Positions 13,291 to 28,300 of a stretch of DNA of 64,000 nucleotides are shown here, piece by piece. The DNA comes from Eledone cirrhosa (taxonomy: Eukaryota). The stretch lies in the NCBI GenBank assembly GCA_964016885.1, contig OZ024744.1:10106001-10170000 (forward strand), in the 5' to 3' direction. How positions within the stretch are numbered: the stretch's first letter is position 1; each line of letters begins with the position of its first letter. The notes beneath the pieces were generated by a model. It searched no databases. It was not told where the DNA came from and saw nothing but the letters and a program-made list of their open reading frames with translations. A program made the translations under genes and the position numbers.

Positions 13291-16200
13291 TTTAGTCATA
13301 GTGTTGTTTTGTACTAAATGTTTATAGTATCTTTATTGGTGGACAGATTGTTGTAGAAATTTACAGGATTACAGAAGAGACTTTAATATTTAATGTGATG
13401 TAGACATAGTGTTGTTTTGTACTAAATGTTTATAGTATCTTTACTGGTGGACAGATTGTTGTGAATATTTACAGTAAAGAATTTAATATTTAATGTGATG
13501 TAGTCATAGTGTTGTTATGTACTAAATGTTTATAGTATCTTTACTAGTAGACAGATTGTTGTGAATATTTACACTATTACAGTAAAGACTTTAATATTTA
13601 ATGTGATGTAGTCATAGTCTTGTTTTGTACTAAATGTTTATAGTATCTTTACTGGTAGACAGATTGTTGTGAATATTTACAGTATTACAGTAAAGACTTT
13701 AATATTTATATGTGATGTATTCATAGTTTTGTTTTGTACTAAATGTTTATAGTATCTTTACTGGTGGACAGATTGTTGTGAATATTTACAGTATTACAGT
13801 AAAGACTTTAATATTTAATGTGATGTAGTCATAGTGTCGTTAGTACTAAATGTTTATATTATCATTACTGTTAGACAGATTGTTGTGAAAATTTACTACA
13901 GTAAAGACATTAATATTTAATGTGATGTATTCATAGTGTTGTTTTGTACTAAATGTTTATAGTATCTTTAATGGTGGACACATTGTTGTGAATATTTACA
14001 GTATTACAGTAAAGAATTTAATATTTAGTGTGATGTAGTCTTAGTGTTGTTTTGTACTAAATGTTTATAGTATCTTTACTGGTGGAAAGATTGTTGTGAA
14101 TATTTACAGTATTACAGTAAAGACTTTAACATTTAATGTGATGTAGTCATAGTGTTGTTTTGTACTAAATGTTTATAGTATCTTTTCTGGTGGATAGATT
14201 ATTGTGAATATTTACAGTATTACAGTAAAGACTGTAATATTTAATGTGATGTAGTCATAGTGTTGTTTTGAACTAAATGTTTATAGTATCCTTACTGGTG
14301 GACAGATCGTTGTAGAAATTTACAGGATTACAGTAGAGACTTTAATATTTAATGTGATGTAGACATAGTTTTGTTTTGTACTAAATGTTTATAGCATCTT
14401 TACTGGTGGACAGATTGTTGTGAATATTTGCAGTAAAGAATTTCATATTTAATGTGATGTAGTCATAGTGTTGTTTTGTACTAAATGTTTGTAGTATCTT
14501 TAATTTTTAATGTGATGTAGTCATAGTGTTGTTTTGTACTAAATGTTTATAGTATCTTTACTGGTAGACAGATTGTTGTGAATATTTACAGTATTACAGT
14601 AAAGACTTTAATATTTAATGTGATGTAGTCATAGTGTTGTTTTGTACTAAATGTTTATAGTATCTTTACTGGTTGACAGATTGTTGTGAATATTTGCAAA
14701 AAAGAATTTCATATTTAACGTGATGTAGTCATAGTGTTGTTTTGTACTAAATGTTTATAGTATCTTTAATGGTGGACACATTGTTGTGAATATTTACAGT
14801 ATTACAGTAAAGAATTTAATATTTAATGTGATGTAGTCTTAGTGTTGTTTTGTACTAAATGTTTATAGTATCTTTACTGGTGGACAGATTGTTGTGAATA
14901 TTTACAGTATTACAGTAAAGTCTTTAACATTTAATGTGATGTAGTCATAGTGTTGTTTTGTCCTAAATGTTTATAGTATCTTTTCTGGTGGACAGATTAT
15001 TGTGAATATTTACAGTATTACACTAAAGACTTTAATATTTAATGTGATGTAGTCATAGTGTTGTTTTGAACTAAATGTTTATAGTATCTTTACCAGTAGA
15101 CAGATTGTTGTGAATATTTACAGTATTACAGTAAAGACTTTAATATTTAATGTGATGTAGTCATAGTGTTGTTTTGTACTAAATGTTTATAGTATCTTTA
15201 CTGGTAGACAGATTGTTGTAGAAATTTACAGGATTACAGTAGAGACTTTAATATTTAATGTGATGTAGACATAGTGTTGTTTTGTACTAAATGTTTATAG
15301 TATCTTTACTGGTGGACAGATTGTTGTGAATATTTACAGTAAAGAATTTCATATTTAATGTGATGTAGTCACAGTGTTGTTTTGTACTAAATGTTTATAG
15401 TATCTTTACTGGTAGACAGATTGTTGTGAATATTTACAGTATTACAGTAAAGACTTTAATATTTATATGTGATGTATTCATAGTTTTGTTTTGTACTAAA
15501 TGTTTATAGTATCTTTACTGGTGGACAGATTGTTGTGAATATTTACAGTATTACAGTAAAGACTTTAATATTTAATTGATGTAGTCATAGTGTTGTTTTG
15601 TACTAAATGTTTGTAGTATCTTTAATTTTTAATGTGATGTAGTCATAGTGTTGTTTTGTACTAAATGTTTATAGTATCTTTACTGGTGGACAGATTGTTG
15701 TGAATAATTACAGTATTACAGCAAATACTTTAATATTTAATGTGATGTAGTCATTGTGTTGTTTTGTACTAAATGTTTATAGTATCTTTACTGGTGGACA
15801 GATTGTTGTGAATATTTACAGTATTACAGTAAAGACTTTAATATTTAATGTGATGTAGTCATAGTGTTGTTTTGTACTAAATGTTTATAGTATCTTTAAT
15901 GGTGGACACATTGTTGTGAATATTTACAGTATTACAGTAAAGAATTTAATATTTAATGTGACGTAGTCTTAGTGTTGGTTTGTACTAAATGTTTATAGTA
16001 TCTTTACAGGTGGACAGATTGTTGTGAATATTTACAGTATTACAGTAAAGACTTTAACATTTAATGTGATGTAGTCATAGTGTTGTTTTGTACTAAATGT
16101 TTATAGTATCTTTTCTGGGGGACAGATTATTGTGAATATTTACAGTATTACAGTAAAGACTTTAATATTTAACGTGATGTAGTCATAGTGTTGTTTTGAA

Positions 16201-19200
16201 TGAAATGTTTATAGTATCTTTACTAGTAGACAGATTGTTGTGAATATTTACAGTATTACAGTAAAGACTTTAATATTTAATGTGATGTAGTCATAGTGTT
16301 GTTTTTTACTAAATGTTTATAGTATCTTTACTCGTGGACAGATTGTTGTAGAAATTTACAGGATTACAGTAGAGACTTTAATATTTAATGTGATGTAGAT
16401 ATAGTGTTGTTTTGTACTAAATATTTATAGTATCTTTACTGGTGGACATATTGTTGTGAATATTTACAGTAAAGAATTTCATATTTAACGTGATGTAGTC
16501 ATAGTGTTGTTTTGTACTAAATGTTTGTAGTATCTTTAATTTTTAATGTGATGTAGTCATAGTGTTGTTTTGTACTAAATGTTTATAGTATCTTTACTGG
16601 TAGACAGATTGTTGTGAATATTTACAGTATTACAGTAAAGACTTTAATATTTAATGTGATGTAGTCATAGTGTTGTTTTGTACTAAATGTTTATAGTATC
16701 TTTACTGGTGGACAGATTGTTGTGAATATTTACAGTAAAGAATTTCATATTTAATGTGATGTAGTCATAGTGTTGTTTTGTACTAAATGTTTATAGTATC
16801 TTTACTAGTAGACAGATTGTTGTGAATATTTACAGTATTACAGTAAAGACTTTAATATTTAATGTGATGTAGTCATAGTCTTGTTTTGTACTAAATGTTT
16901 ATAGTATCTTTACTGGTAGACAGATTGTTGTGAATATTTACAGTATTACAGTAAAGACATTAATATTTATATGTGATGTATTCATAGTTTTGTTTTGTAC
17001 TAAATGTTTATAGTATCTTTATTGGTGGACAGATTGTTGTGAATATTTACAGTATTACAGTAAAGACTTTAATATTTAATGTGATGTAGTCATAGTGTTG
17101 TTTTATACTAAATGTTTATAGTATCTTTACTGGTAGACAGATTGTTGCGAATATATACAGTATTACAGTAAAGATTTTATATTTAATGTGATGTAGTCAT
17201 AGTGTTGTTTTGTACTAAATGTTTATAGTATCTTTACTGGTGGACAGATTGTTGTGAATAATTACAGTATTACAGCAAATACTTTAATATTTAATGTGAT
17301 GTAGTCATAGTGTTGTTTTATACTAAATGTTTATAGTATCTTTACTGGTGGACAGATTGTTGTGAATATTTACAGTATTACAGTAAAGACTTTAATATTT
17401 AATGTGATGTAGTCATAGTGTTGTTAGTACTAAATGTTCATATTATCATTACTGGTGGACAGATTGTTGTGAATATTTACAGTATTACAGTAAAGACTTT
17501 AATATTTAATGTGATGTAGTCATAGTGTCGTTAGTACTAAATGTTTATATTATCATTACTGTTAGACAGATTGTTGTGAAAATTTACTGCAGTAAAGACA
17601 TTAATATTTAATGTGATGTATTCATAGTGTTGTTAGTACTAAATGTTTATAGTATCTTTAATGGTGGACACATTGTTGTGAATATTTACAGTATTACAGT
17701 AAAGACATTAATATTTAATGTGATGTATTCATAGTGTTGTTTTGTACTAAATGTTTATAGTATCTTTAATGGTGGACACATTGTTGTGAATATTTACAGT
17801 ATTACAGTAAAGAATTTAATATTTAATGTGATGTAGTCTTAGTGTTGTTTTGTACTAAATATTTATAGTATCTTTACTGGTGGACAGATTGTTGTGAATA
17901 TTTACAGTATTACAGTAAAGACTTTAACATTTAATGTGATGTAGTCATAGTGTTGTATTGTACTAAATGTTTATAGTATCTTTTCTGGTGGACAGATTAT
18001 TGTGAATATTTACAGTATTACAGTAAAGACTTTAATATTTAATGTGATGTAGTCATAGTGTTGTTTTGAACTAAATGTTTATAGTATCTTTAATGGTGGA
18101 CACATTGTTGTGAATATTTACAGTATTACAGTAAAGAATTTAATATTTAATGTGATGTAGTCTTAGTGTTGTTTTGTACTAAATATTTATAGTATCTTTA
18201 CTGGTGGACAGATTGTTGTAGAAATTTACAGGATTACAGTAGAGACTTTAATATTTAATGTGATGTAGACATAGTGTTGTTTTGTACTAAATGTTTATAG
18301 CATCTTTACTGGTGGACAGATTGTTGTGAATATTTACAGTAAAGAATTTCATTTTTAACGTGATGTAGTCATAGTGTTGTTTTGTACTAAATGTTTGTAG
18401 TATCTTTAATTTTTAATGTGATGTAGTCATAGTGTTGTTTTGTACTAAATGTTTATAGTATCTTTACTGGTAGACAGATTGTTGTGAATATTTACAGTAT
18501 TACAGTAAAGAGTTTAATATTTAATGTGATGTAGTCATAGTGTTGTTTTGTACTAAATGTTTATAGTATCTTTACTGGTGGACAGATTGTTGTGAATATT
18601 TACAGTAAAGAACTTCATATTTAATGTGATTTAGTCATAGTGTTGTTTTGTACTAAATGTTTATAGTATCTTTAATGGTGGACACATTGTTGTGAATATT
18701 TACAGTATTACAGTAAAGACTTTAACATTTAATGTGATGTAGTCATAGTGTTGTTTTGTACTAAATGTTTATAGTATCTTTTCTGGTGGACAGATTATTG
18801 TGAATATTTACAGTATTACAGTAAAGACTTTAATATTTAATGTGATGTAGTCATTGTGTTGTTTTGAACTAAATGTTTATAGTATCTTTACTAGTAGACA
18901 GATTGTTGTGAATATTTACAGTATTACAGTAAAGAATTTCATATTTAATGTGATGTAGTCATAGTGTTGTTTTGTACTAAATGTTTGTAGTATCTTTAAT
19001 TTTTAATGTGATGTAGTCATAGTGTTGTTTTGTACTAAATGTTTATAGTATCTTTACTGGTGGACAGATTGTTGTGAATATTTACAGTAAAGAATTTCAT
19101 ATTTAATGTGATGTAGTCATAGTGTTGTTTTGTACTAAATGTTTATAGTATCTTTAATGGTGGACACATTGTTGTGAATATTTACAGTATTACAGTAAAG

Positions 19201-19332
19201 AATTTAATATTTAATGTGATGTAGTCTTAGTGTTGTTTTGTACTAAATGTTTATAGTATCTTTACTGGTGCACAGATTATTGTGAATATTTACAGTATTA
19301 CAGTAAAGACTTTAACATTTAATGTGATGTAG

Positions 19333-22300
19333 TCATAGTGTTGTTTTGTACTAAATGTTTATAGTATCTTTTCTGGTGGACAGATTATTGTGAATATTTA
19401 CAGTATTACAGTAAAGACTTTAATATTTAATGTGATGTAGTCATAGTGTTGTTTTGAACTAAATGTTTATAGTATCTTTACTAGTAGACAGATTGTTGTG
19501 AATATTTACAGTATTACAGTAAAGACTTTAATATTTAATGTGATGTAGTCATAGTGTTGTTTTGTACTAAATGTTTATAGTATCTTTTCTGGTGGACAGA
19601 TTATTGTGAATATTTACAGTATTACAGTAGAGACTTTAATATTTAATGTAATGTAGACATAGTGTTGTTTTGTACTAAATGTTTATAGTATCTTTACTGG
19701 TGGACAGATTGTTGTGAATATTTACAGTAAACAATTTCATATTTAATGAGATGTAGTCATAGTGTTGTTTTGTACTAAATGTTTATACTATCTTTAATAG
19801 AAGACAGATTGTTGTGAATATTTACAGTAAAGAATTTAATATTTAATGTGATGTAGTCATAGTGTTGTTTTGTGCTAAATGTTTATAGTAGCTTTACTGG
19901 TAGACAAATTGCTGTGAATATTTACAGTAAAGAATTTAATATTTAATGTGATGTAGTCATAGTGTTGTTTTGTACTAAATGTTTATAGAATCTTTAATAG
20001 AAGACAGATTGTTGTGAATATTTACAGTAAAGAATTTAATATTTAATGTGATGTAGTCATAGTGTTGTTTTGTGCTAAATGTTTATAGTAGCTTTACTGG
20101 TAGACAAATTGCTGTGAATATTTACAGTATTACAATAAAGACTTTAATATTTAATGTGATGTAGTCATAGTTTTGTACTAAATGTTTATAGTATCTTTAC
20201 TGTTGGACAGATTGTTGTGGAAATTTACAGTACTACAGTAAAGATTATAATATTTAATGTGATGTAGCCATAGTTTTGTTTTGTACTAAATGTTTATAGT
20301 ATCTTTACTGGTGGACAGATTGTTGTGAATATTTACAGTATTACAGTAAAGAATTTAATATTTAATGTGACGTAGTCTTAGTGTTGGTTTGTACTAAATG
20401 TTTATAGTATCTTTACTGGTGGACAGATTGTTGTGAATATTTACAGTATTACAGTAAAGACTTTAACATTTAATGTGATGTAGTCATAGTGTTGTTTTGT
20501 ACTAAATGTTTGTAGTATCTTTAATTTTTAATGTAATGTAGTCATAGTGTTGTTTTGTACTAAATGTTTATAGTATCTTTGCTGGTGGACAGATTATTGT
20601 GAATATTTACAGTATTACATTAAAGACTTTAATATTTAACGTGATGTAGTCATAATGTTGTTTTGTACTAAATGTTTGTAGTATCTTTAATTTTTAATGT
20701 AATGTAGTCATAGTGTTGTTTTGTACTAAATGTTTATAGTATCTTTTCTGGTGGACAGATTATTGTGAATATTTACAGTATTACATTAAAGACTTTAATA
20801 TTTAACGTGATGTAGTCATAGTGTTGTTTTGAACTAAATGTTTATAGTATCTTTACTAGTAGACAGATTGTTGTGAATATTTACAGTATTACAGTAAAGA
20901 CTTTAATATTTAATGTGATGTAGTCATAGTGTTGTTTTTTACTAAATGTTTATAGTATCTTTACTGGTGGACAGATTGTTGTAGAAATTTACAGGATTAC
21001 AGTAGAGACTTTAATATTTAATGTGATGTAGATATAGTGTTGTTTTGTACTAAATGTTTATAGTATCTTTACTGGTGGACATATTGTTGTGAATATTTAC
21101 TGTAAAGAATTTCATATTTAATGTGATGTAGTCATAGTGTTGTTTTGTACTAAATGTTTGTAGTATCTTTAATTTTTAATGTGATGTAGTCATAGTGTTG
21201 TTTTGTACTAAATGTTTATAGTATCTTTACTGGTGGACAGATTGTTGTGAATATTTACAGTAAAGAATTTCATATTTAATGTGATGTAGTCATAGTGTTG
21301 TTTTGTACTAAATGTTTATAGTATCTTTACTAGTAGACAGATTGTTGTGAATATTTACAGTATTACAGTAAAGACTTTAATATTTAATGTGATGTAGTCA
21401 TAGTCTTGTTTTGTACTAAATGTTTATAGTATCTTTACTGGTAGACAGATTGTTGTTAATATTTACAGTATTACAGTAAATACTTTAATATTTAATGTGA
21501 TGTAGTCATAGTGTTGTTTTGTACTAAATGTTTGTAGTATCTTTAATTTTTAATGTGATGTAGTCATAGTGTTGTTTTGTACTAAATGTTTATAGTATCT
21601 TTACTGGTAGACAGATTGTTGCGAATATATACAGTATTACAGTAAAGATTTTATATTTAATGTGATGTAGTCATAGTGTTGTTTTGTACTAAATGTTTAT
21701 AGTATCTTTACTGGTGGACAGATTGTTGTGAATAATTACAGTATTACAGCAAATACTTTAATATTTAATGTGATGTAGTCATAGTGTTGTTTTGTACTAA
21801 ATGTTTATAGTATCTTTACTGGTGGACAGATTGTTGTGAATATTTACAGTATTACAGTAAAGACTTTAATATTTAATGTGATGTAGTCATAGTGTTGTTA
21901 GTACTAAATGTTTATATTATCATTACTGTTAGACAGATTGTTGTGAAAATTTACTGCAGTAAAGACATTAATATTTAATGTGATGTATTCATAGTGTTGT
22001 TTTGTACTAAATGTTTATAGTATCTTTACTAGTAGACAGATTGTTGTGAATATTTACAGTATTACAGTAAAGACTTTAATATTTAATGTGATGTAGTCTT
22101 AATGTTGTTTTGTACTAAATGTTTATAGTATCATTACTGGTGGACAGATTGTTGTGAATATTTACAGTATTACAGTAAAGACTTTAATATTTAATGTGAT
22201 GTAGTCATAGTGTTGTTTTGTACTAAATGTTTATAGTATCTTTACTGGTGGACAGATTGTTGTGAATATTTACAGTATTACAGTAAAGACTTTAACATTT

Positions 22301-25300
22301 AATGTGATGTAGTCATAGTGTTGTTTTGTACTAAATGTTTATAGTATCTTTAATGGTGGACACATTGTTGTGAATATTTACAGTATTACAGTAAAGAATT
22401 TAATATTTAATGTGATGTAGTCTTAGTGTTGTTTTGTACTAAATATTTATAGTATCTTTACTGGTGGACAGATTGTTGTGAATATTTACAGTATTACAGT
22501 AAAGACTTTAACATTTAATGTGATGTATTCATAGTGTTGTTTTGTACTAAATGTTTATAGTATCTTTTCTGGTGGACAGATTATTGTGAATATTTACAGT
22601 AAAGAATTTCATATTTAACGTGATGTAGTCATAGTGTTGTTTTGTATTAAATGTTTGTAGTATCTTTAATTTTTAATGTGATGTAGTCATAGTGTTGTTT
22701 TGTGCTAAATGTTTATAGTATCTTTACTGGTAGACAGACTGTTGTGAATATTTACAGTATTACAGTAAAGAGTTTAATATTTAATGTGATGTAGTCATAG
22801 TGTTGTTTTGTACTAAATGTTTATAGTATCTTTACTGGTGGACAGATTGTTGTGAATATTTACAGTAAAGAACTTCGTATTTAATGTGATTTAGTCATAG
22901 TGTTGTTTTGTACTAAATGTTTATAGTATCTTTAATGGTGGACACATTGTTGTGAATACGTACAGTATTACAGTAAAGAATTTAATATTTAATGTGATGT
23001 AGTCTTAGTGTTGTTTTGTACTAAATGTTTATAGTATCTTTACTGGTGGACAGATTATTGTAAATATTTACAGTATTACAGTAAAGACTTTAACATTTAA
23101 TGTGATGTAGTCATAGTGTTGTTTTGTACTAAATGTTTATAGTATCTTTTCTGGTGGACAGATTATTGTGAATATTTACAGCATTACAGTAAAGAATTTA
23201 ATATTTAATGTGATGTAATCATAGTGTTGTTTTAAACTAAATATTTATAGTATCTTTACTAGTAGACAGATGGTTGTGAATATTTACAGTATTACAGTAA
23301 AGACTTTAATATTTAATGTGATGTAGTCATAGTGTTGTTTTGAACTAAATGTTTATAGTATCTTTACTAGTAGACAGATTGTTGTGAATATTTACAGTAT
23401 TACAGTAAAGAATTTCATATTTAATGTGATGTAGTCATAGTGTTGTTTTGTACTAAATGTTTGTAGTATCTTTAATTTTTAATGTGATGTAGTCATAGTG
23501 TTGTTTTGTACTAAATGTTTATAGTATCATTACTGGTGGACAGATTGTTGTGAATATTTACAGTAAAGAATTTCATATTTAATGTGATGTAGTCATAGTG
23601 TTGTTTTGTACTAAATGTTTATAGTATCTTTAATGGTGGACACATTGTTGTGAATATTTACAGTATTACAGTAAAGAATTTAATATTTAATGTGATGTAG
23701 TCTTAGTGTTGTTTTGCACTAAATGTTTATAGTATTTTTACTGGTGCACAGAATATTGTGAATATTTACAGTATTACAGTAAAGACTTTAACATTTAATG
23801 TGATGTAGTCATAGTGTTGTTTTGTACTAAACGTTTATAGTATCTTTTCTGGTGGACAGATTATTGTGAATATTTACAGTATTACAGTAAAGACTTTAAT
23901 ATTTAATGTGACGTAGTCTTAGTGTTGGTTTGTACTAAATGTTTATAGTATCTTTACTGGTGGACAGATTGTTGTGAATATTTACAGTATTACAGTAAAG
24001 ACTTTAACATTTAATGTGATGTAGTCATAGTGTTGTTTTGTACTAAATGTTTATAGTATCTTTACTGGTGGACAGATTGTTGTGAATATTTACAGTATTA
24101 CAGTAAAGACTTTAATATTTAATGTGATGTAGTCATAGTGTCGTTAGTACTAAATGTTTATATTATCATTACTGTTAGACAGATTGTTGTGAAAATTTAC
24201 TACAGTAAAGAGATTAATATTTAATGTGATGTAGTCATAGTGTTGTTTTGTACTAAATGTTTATAGTATCTTTAATGGTGGACACATTGTTGTGAATATT
24301 TACAGTATTACAGTAAAGAATTTAATATTTAATGTGATGTAGTCTTAGTGTTGTTTTGTACTAAATATTTATAGTATCTTTACTGGTGGACAGATTGTTG
24401 TGAATATTTACAGTATTACAGTAAAGACTTTAACATTTAATGTGATGTATTCATAGTGTTGTTTTGTACTAAATGTTTATAGTATCTTTTCTGGTGGACA
24501 GATTATTGTGAATATTTACAGTAAAGAATTTCATATTTAACGTGATGTAGTCATAGTGTTGTTTTGTATTAAATGTTTGTAGTATCTTTAATTTTTAATG
24601 TGATGTAGTCATAGTGTTGTTTTGTACTAAATGTTTATAGTATCTTTACTGGTAGACAGACTGTTGTGAATATTTACAGTATTACAGTAAAGAGTTTAAT
24701 ATTTAATGTGATGTAATCATAGTGTTGTTTTGTACTAAATGTTTATAGTATCTTTACTGGTGGACAGATTGTTGTGAATATTTACAGTAAAGAACTTCGT
24801 ATTTAACGTGATTTAGTCATAGTGTTGTTTTGTACTAAATGTTTATAGTATCTTTAATGGTGGACACATTGTTGTGAAAACGTACAGTATTACAGTAAAG
24901 AATTTAATATTTAATGTGATGTAGTCTTAGTGTTGTTTTGTACTAAATGTTTATAGTATCTTTACTGGTGGACAGATTATTGTAAATATTTACAGTATTA
25001 CAGTAAAGACTTTTATATTTAATGTGATGTCGTCATAGTGTTGTGTTGTACTAAATGTTTATAGTATCTTTACTGGTGGACAGATTGTTGTGAATAATTA
25101 CAGTATTACAGCAAATACTTTAATATTTAATGTGATGTTGTCATAGTGTTGTTTTGTACTAAATGTTTATAGTATCTTTTCTGGTGGACAGATTATTGTG
25201 AATATTTACAGTATTACAGTAAAGACTTTAATATTTAATGTGATGTAGTCATAGTGTTGTTTTGAACTAAATGTTTATAGTATCTTTACTAGTAGACAGA

Positions 25301-28300
25301 TTGTTGTGAATATTTACAGTATTACAGTAAAGACTTTAATATTTAATGTGATGTAGTCATAGTGTTGTTTTGTACTAAATGTTTATAGTATCTTTTCTGG
25401 TGGACAGATTATTGTGAATATTTACAGTATTACAGTAGAGACTTTAATATTTAATGTAATGTAGACATAGTGTTGTTTTGTACTAAATGTTTATAGTATC
25501 TTTACTGGTGGACAGATTGTTGTGAATATTTACAGTAAACAATTTCATATTTAATGAGATGTAGTCATAGTGTTGTTTTGTACTAAATGTTTATACTATC
25601 TTTAATAGAAGACAGATTGTTGTGAATATTTACAGTAAAGAATTTAATATTTAATGTGATGTAGTCATAGTGTTGTTTTGTGCTAAATGTTTATAGTAGC
25701 TTTACTGGTAGACAAATTGCTGTGAATATTTACAGTAAAGAATTTAATATTTAATGTGATGTAGTCATAGTGTTGTTTTGTACTAAATGTTTATAGAATC
25801 TTTAATAGAAGACAGATTGTTGTGAATATTTACAGTAAAGAATTTAATATTTAATGTGATGTAGTCATAGTGTTGTTTTGTGCTAAATGTTTATAGTAGC
25901 TTTACTGGTAGACAAATTGCTGTGAATATTTACAGTATTACAATAAAGACTTTAATATTTAATGTGATGTAGTCATAGTTTTGTACTAAATGTTTATAGT
26001 ATCTTTACTGTTGGACAGATTGTTGTGGAAATTTACAGTACTACAGTAAAGATTATAATATTTAATGTGATGTAGCCATAGTTTTGTTTTGTACTAAATG
26101 TTTATAGTATCTTTACTGGTGGACAGATTGTTGTGAATATTTACAGTATTACAGTAAAGAATTTAATATTTAATGTGACGTAGTCTTAGTGTTGGTTTGT
26201 ACTAAATGTTTATAGTATCTTTACTGGTGGACAGATTGTTGTGAATATTTACAGTATTACAGTAAAGACTTTAACATTTAATGTGATGTAGTCATAGTGT
26301 TGTTTTGTACTAAATGTTTGTAGTATCTTTAATTTTTAATGTAATGTAGTCATAGTGTTGTTTTGTACTAAATGTTTATAGTATCTTTGCTGGTGGACAG
26401 ATTATTGTGAATATTTACAGTATTACATTAAAGACTTTAATATTTAACGTGATGTAGTCATAATGTTGTTTTGTACTAAATGTTTGTAGTATCTTTAATT
26501 TTTAATGTAATGTAGTCATAGTGTTGTTTTGTACTAAATGTTTATAGTATCTTTTCTGGTGGACAGATTATTGTGAATATTTACAGTATTACATTAAAGA
26601 CTTTAATATTTAACGTGATGTAGTCATAGTGTTGTTTTGAACTAAATGTTTATAGTATCTTTACTAGTAGACAGATTGTTGTGAATATTTACAGTATTAC
26701 AGTAAAGACTTTAATATTTAATGTGATGTAGTCATAGTGTTGTTTTTTACTAAATGTTTATAGTATCTTTACTGGTGGACAGATTGTTGTAGAAATTTAC
26801 AGGATTACAGTAGAGACTTTAATATTTAATGTGATGTAGATATAGTGTTGTTTTGTACTAAATGTTTATAGTATCTTTACTGGTGGACATATTGTTGTGA
26901 ATATTTACTGTAAAGAATTTCATATTTAATGTGATGTAGTCATAGTGTTGTTTTGTACTAAATGTTTGTAGTATCTTTAATTTTTAATGTGATGTAGTCA
27001 TAGTGTTGTTTTGTACTAAATGTTTATAGTATCTTTACTGGTGGACAGATTGTTGTGAATATTTACAGTAAAGAATTTCATATTTAATGTGATGTAGTCA
27101 TAGTGTTGTTTTGTACTAAATGTTTATAGTATCTTTACTAGTAGACAGATTGTTGTGAATATTTACAGTATTACAGTAAAGACTTTAATATTTAATGTGA
27201 TGTAGTCATAGTCTTGTTTTGTACTAAATGTTTATAGTATCTTTACTGGTAGACAGATTGTTGTTAATATTTACAGTATTACAGTAAATACTTTAATATT
27301 TAATGTGATGTAGTCATAGTGTTGTTTTGTACTAAATGTTTGTAGTATCTTTAATTTTTAATGTGATGTAGTCATAGTGTTGTTTTGTACTAAATGTTTA
27401 TAGTATCTTTACTGGTAGACAGATTGTTGCGAATATATACAGTATTACAGTAAAGATTTTATATTTAATGTGATGTAGTCATAGTGTTGTTTTGTACTAA
27501 ATGTTTATAGTATCTTTACTGGTGGACAGATTGTTGTGAATAATTACAGTATTACAGCAAATACTTTAATATTTAATGTGATGTAGTCATAGTGTTGTTT
27601 TGTACTAAATGTTTATAGTATCTTTACTGGTGGACAGATTGTTGTGAATATTTACAGTATTACAGTAAAGACTTTAATATTTAATGTGATGTAGTCATAG
27701 TGTTGTTAGTACTAAATGTTTATATTATCATTACTGTTAGACAGATTGTTGTGAAAATTTACTGCAGTAAAGACATTAATATTTAATGTGATGTATTCAT
27801 AGTGTTGTTTTGTACTAAATGTTTATAGTATCTTTACTAGTAGACAGATTGTTGTGAATATTTACAGTATTACAGTAAAGACTTTAATATTTAATGTGAT
27901 GTAGTCTTAATGTTGTTTTGTACTAAATGTTTATAGTATCATTACTGGTGGACAGATTGTTGTGAATATTTACAGTATTACAGTAAAGACTTTAATATTT
28001 AATGTGATGTAGTCATAGTGTTGTTTTGTACTAAATGTTTATAGTATCTTTACTGGTGGACAGATTGTTGTGAATATTTACAGTATTACAGTAAAGACTT
28101 TAACATTTAATGTGATGTAGTCATAGTGTTGTTTTGTACTAAATGTTTATAGTATCTTTAATGGTGGACACATTGTTGTGAATATTTACAGTATTACAGT
28201 AAAGAATTTAATATTTAATGTGATGTAGTCTTAGTGTTGTTTTGTACTAAATATTTATAGTATCTTTACTGGTGGACAGATTGTTGTGAATATTTACAGT

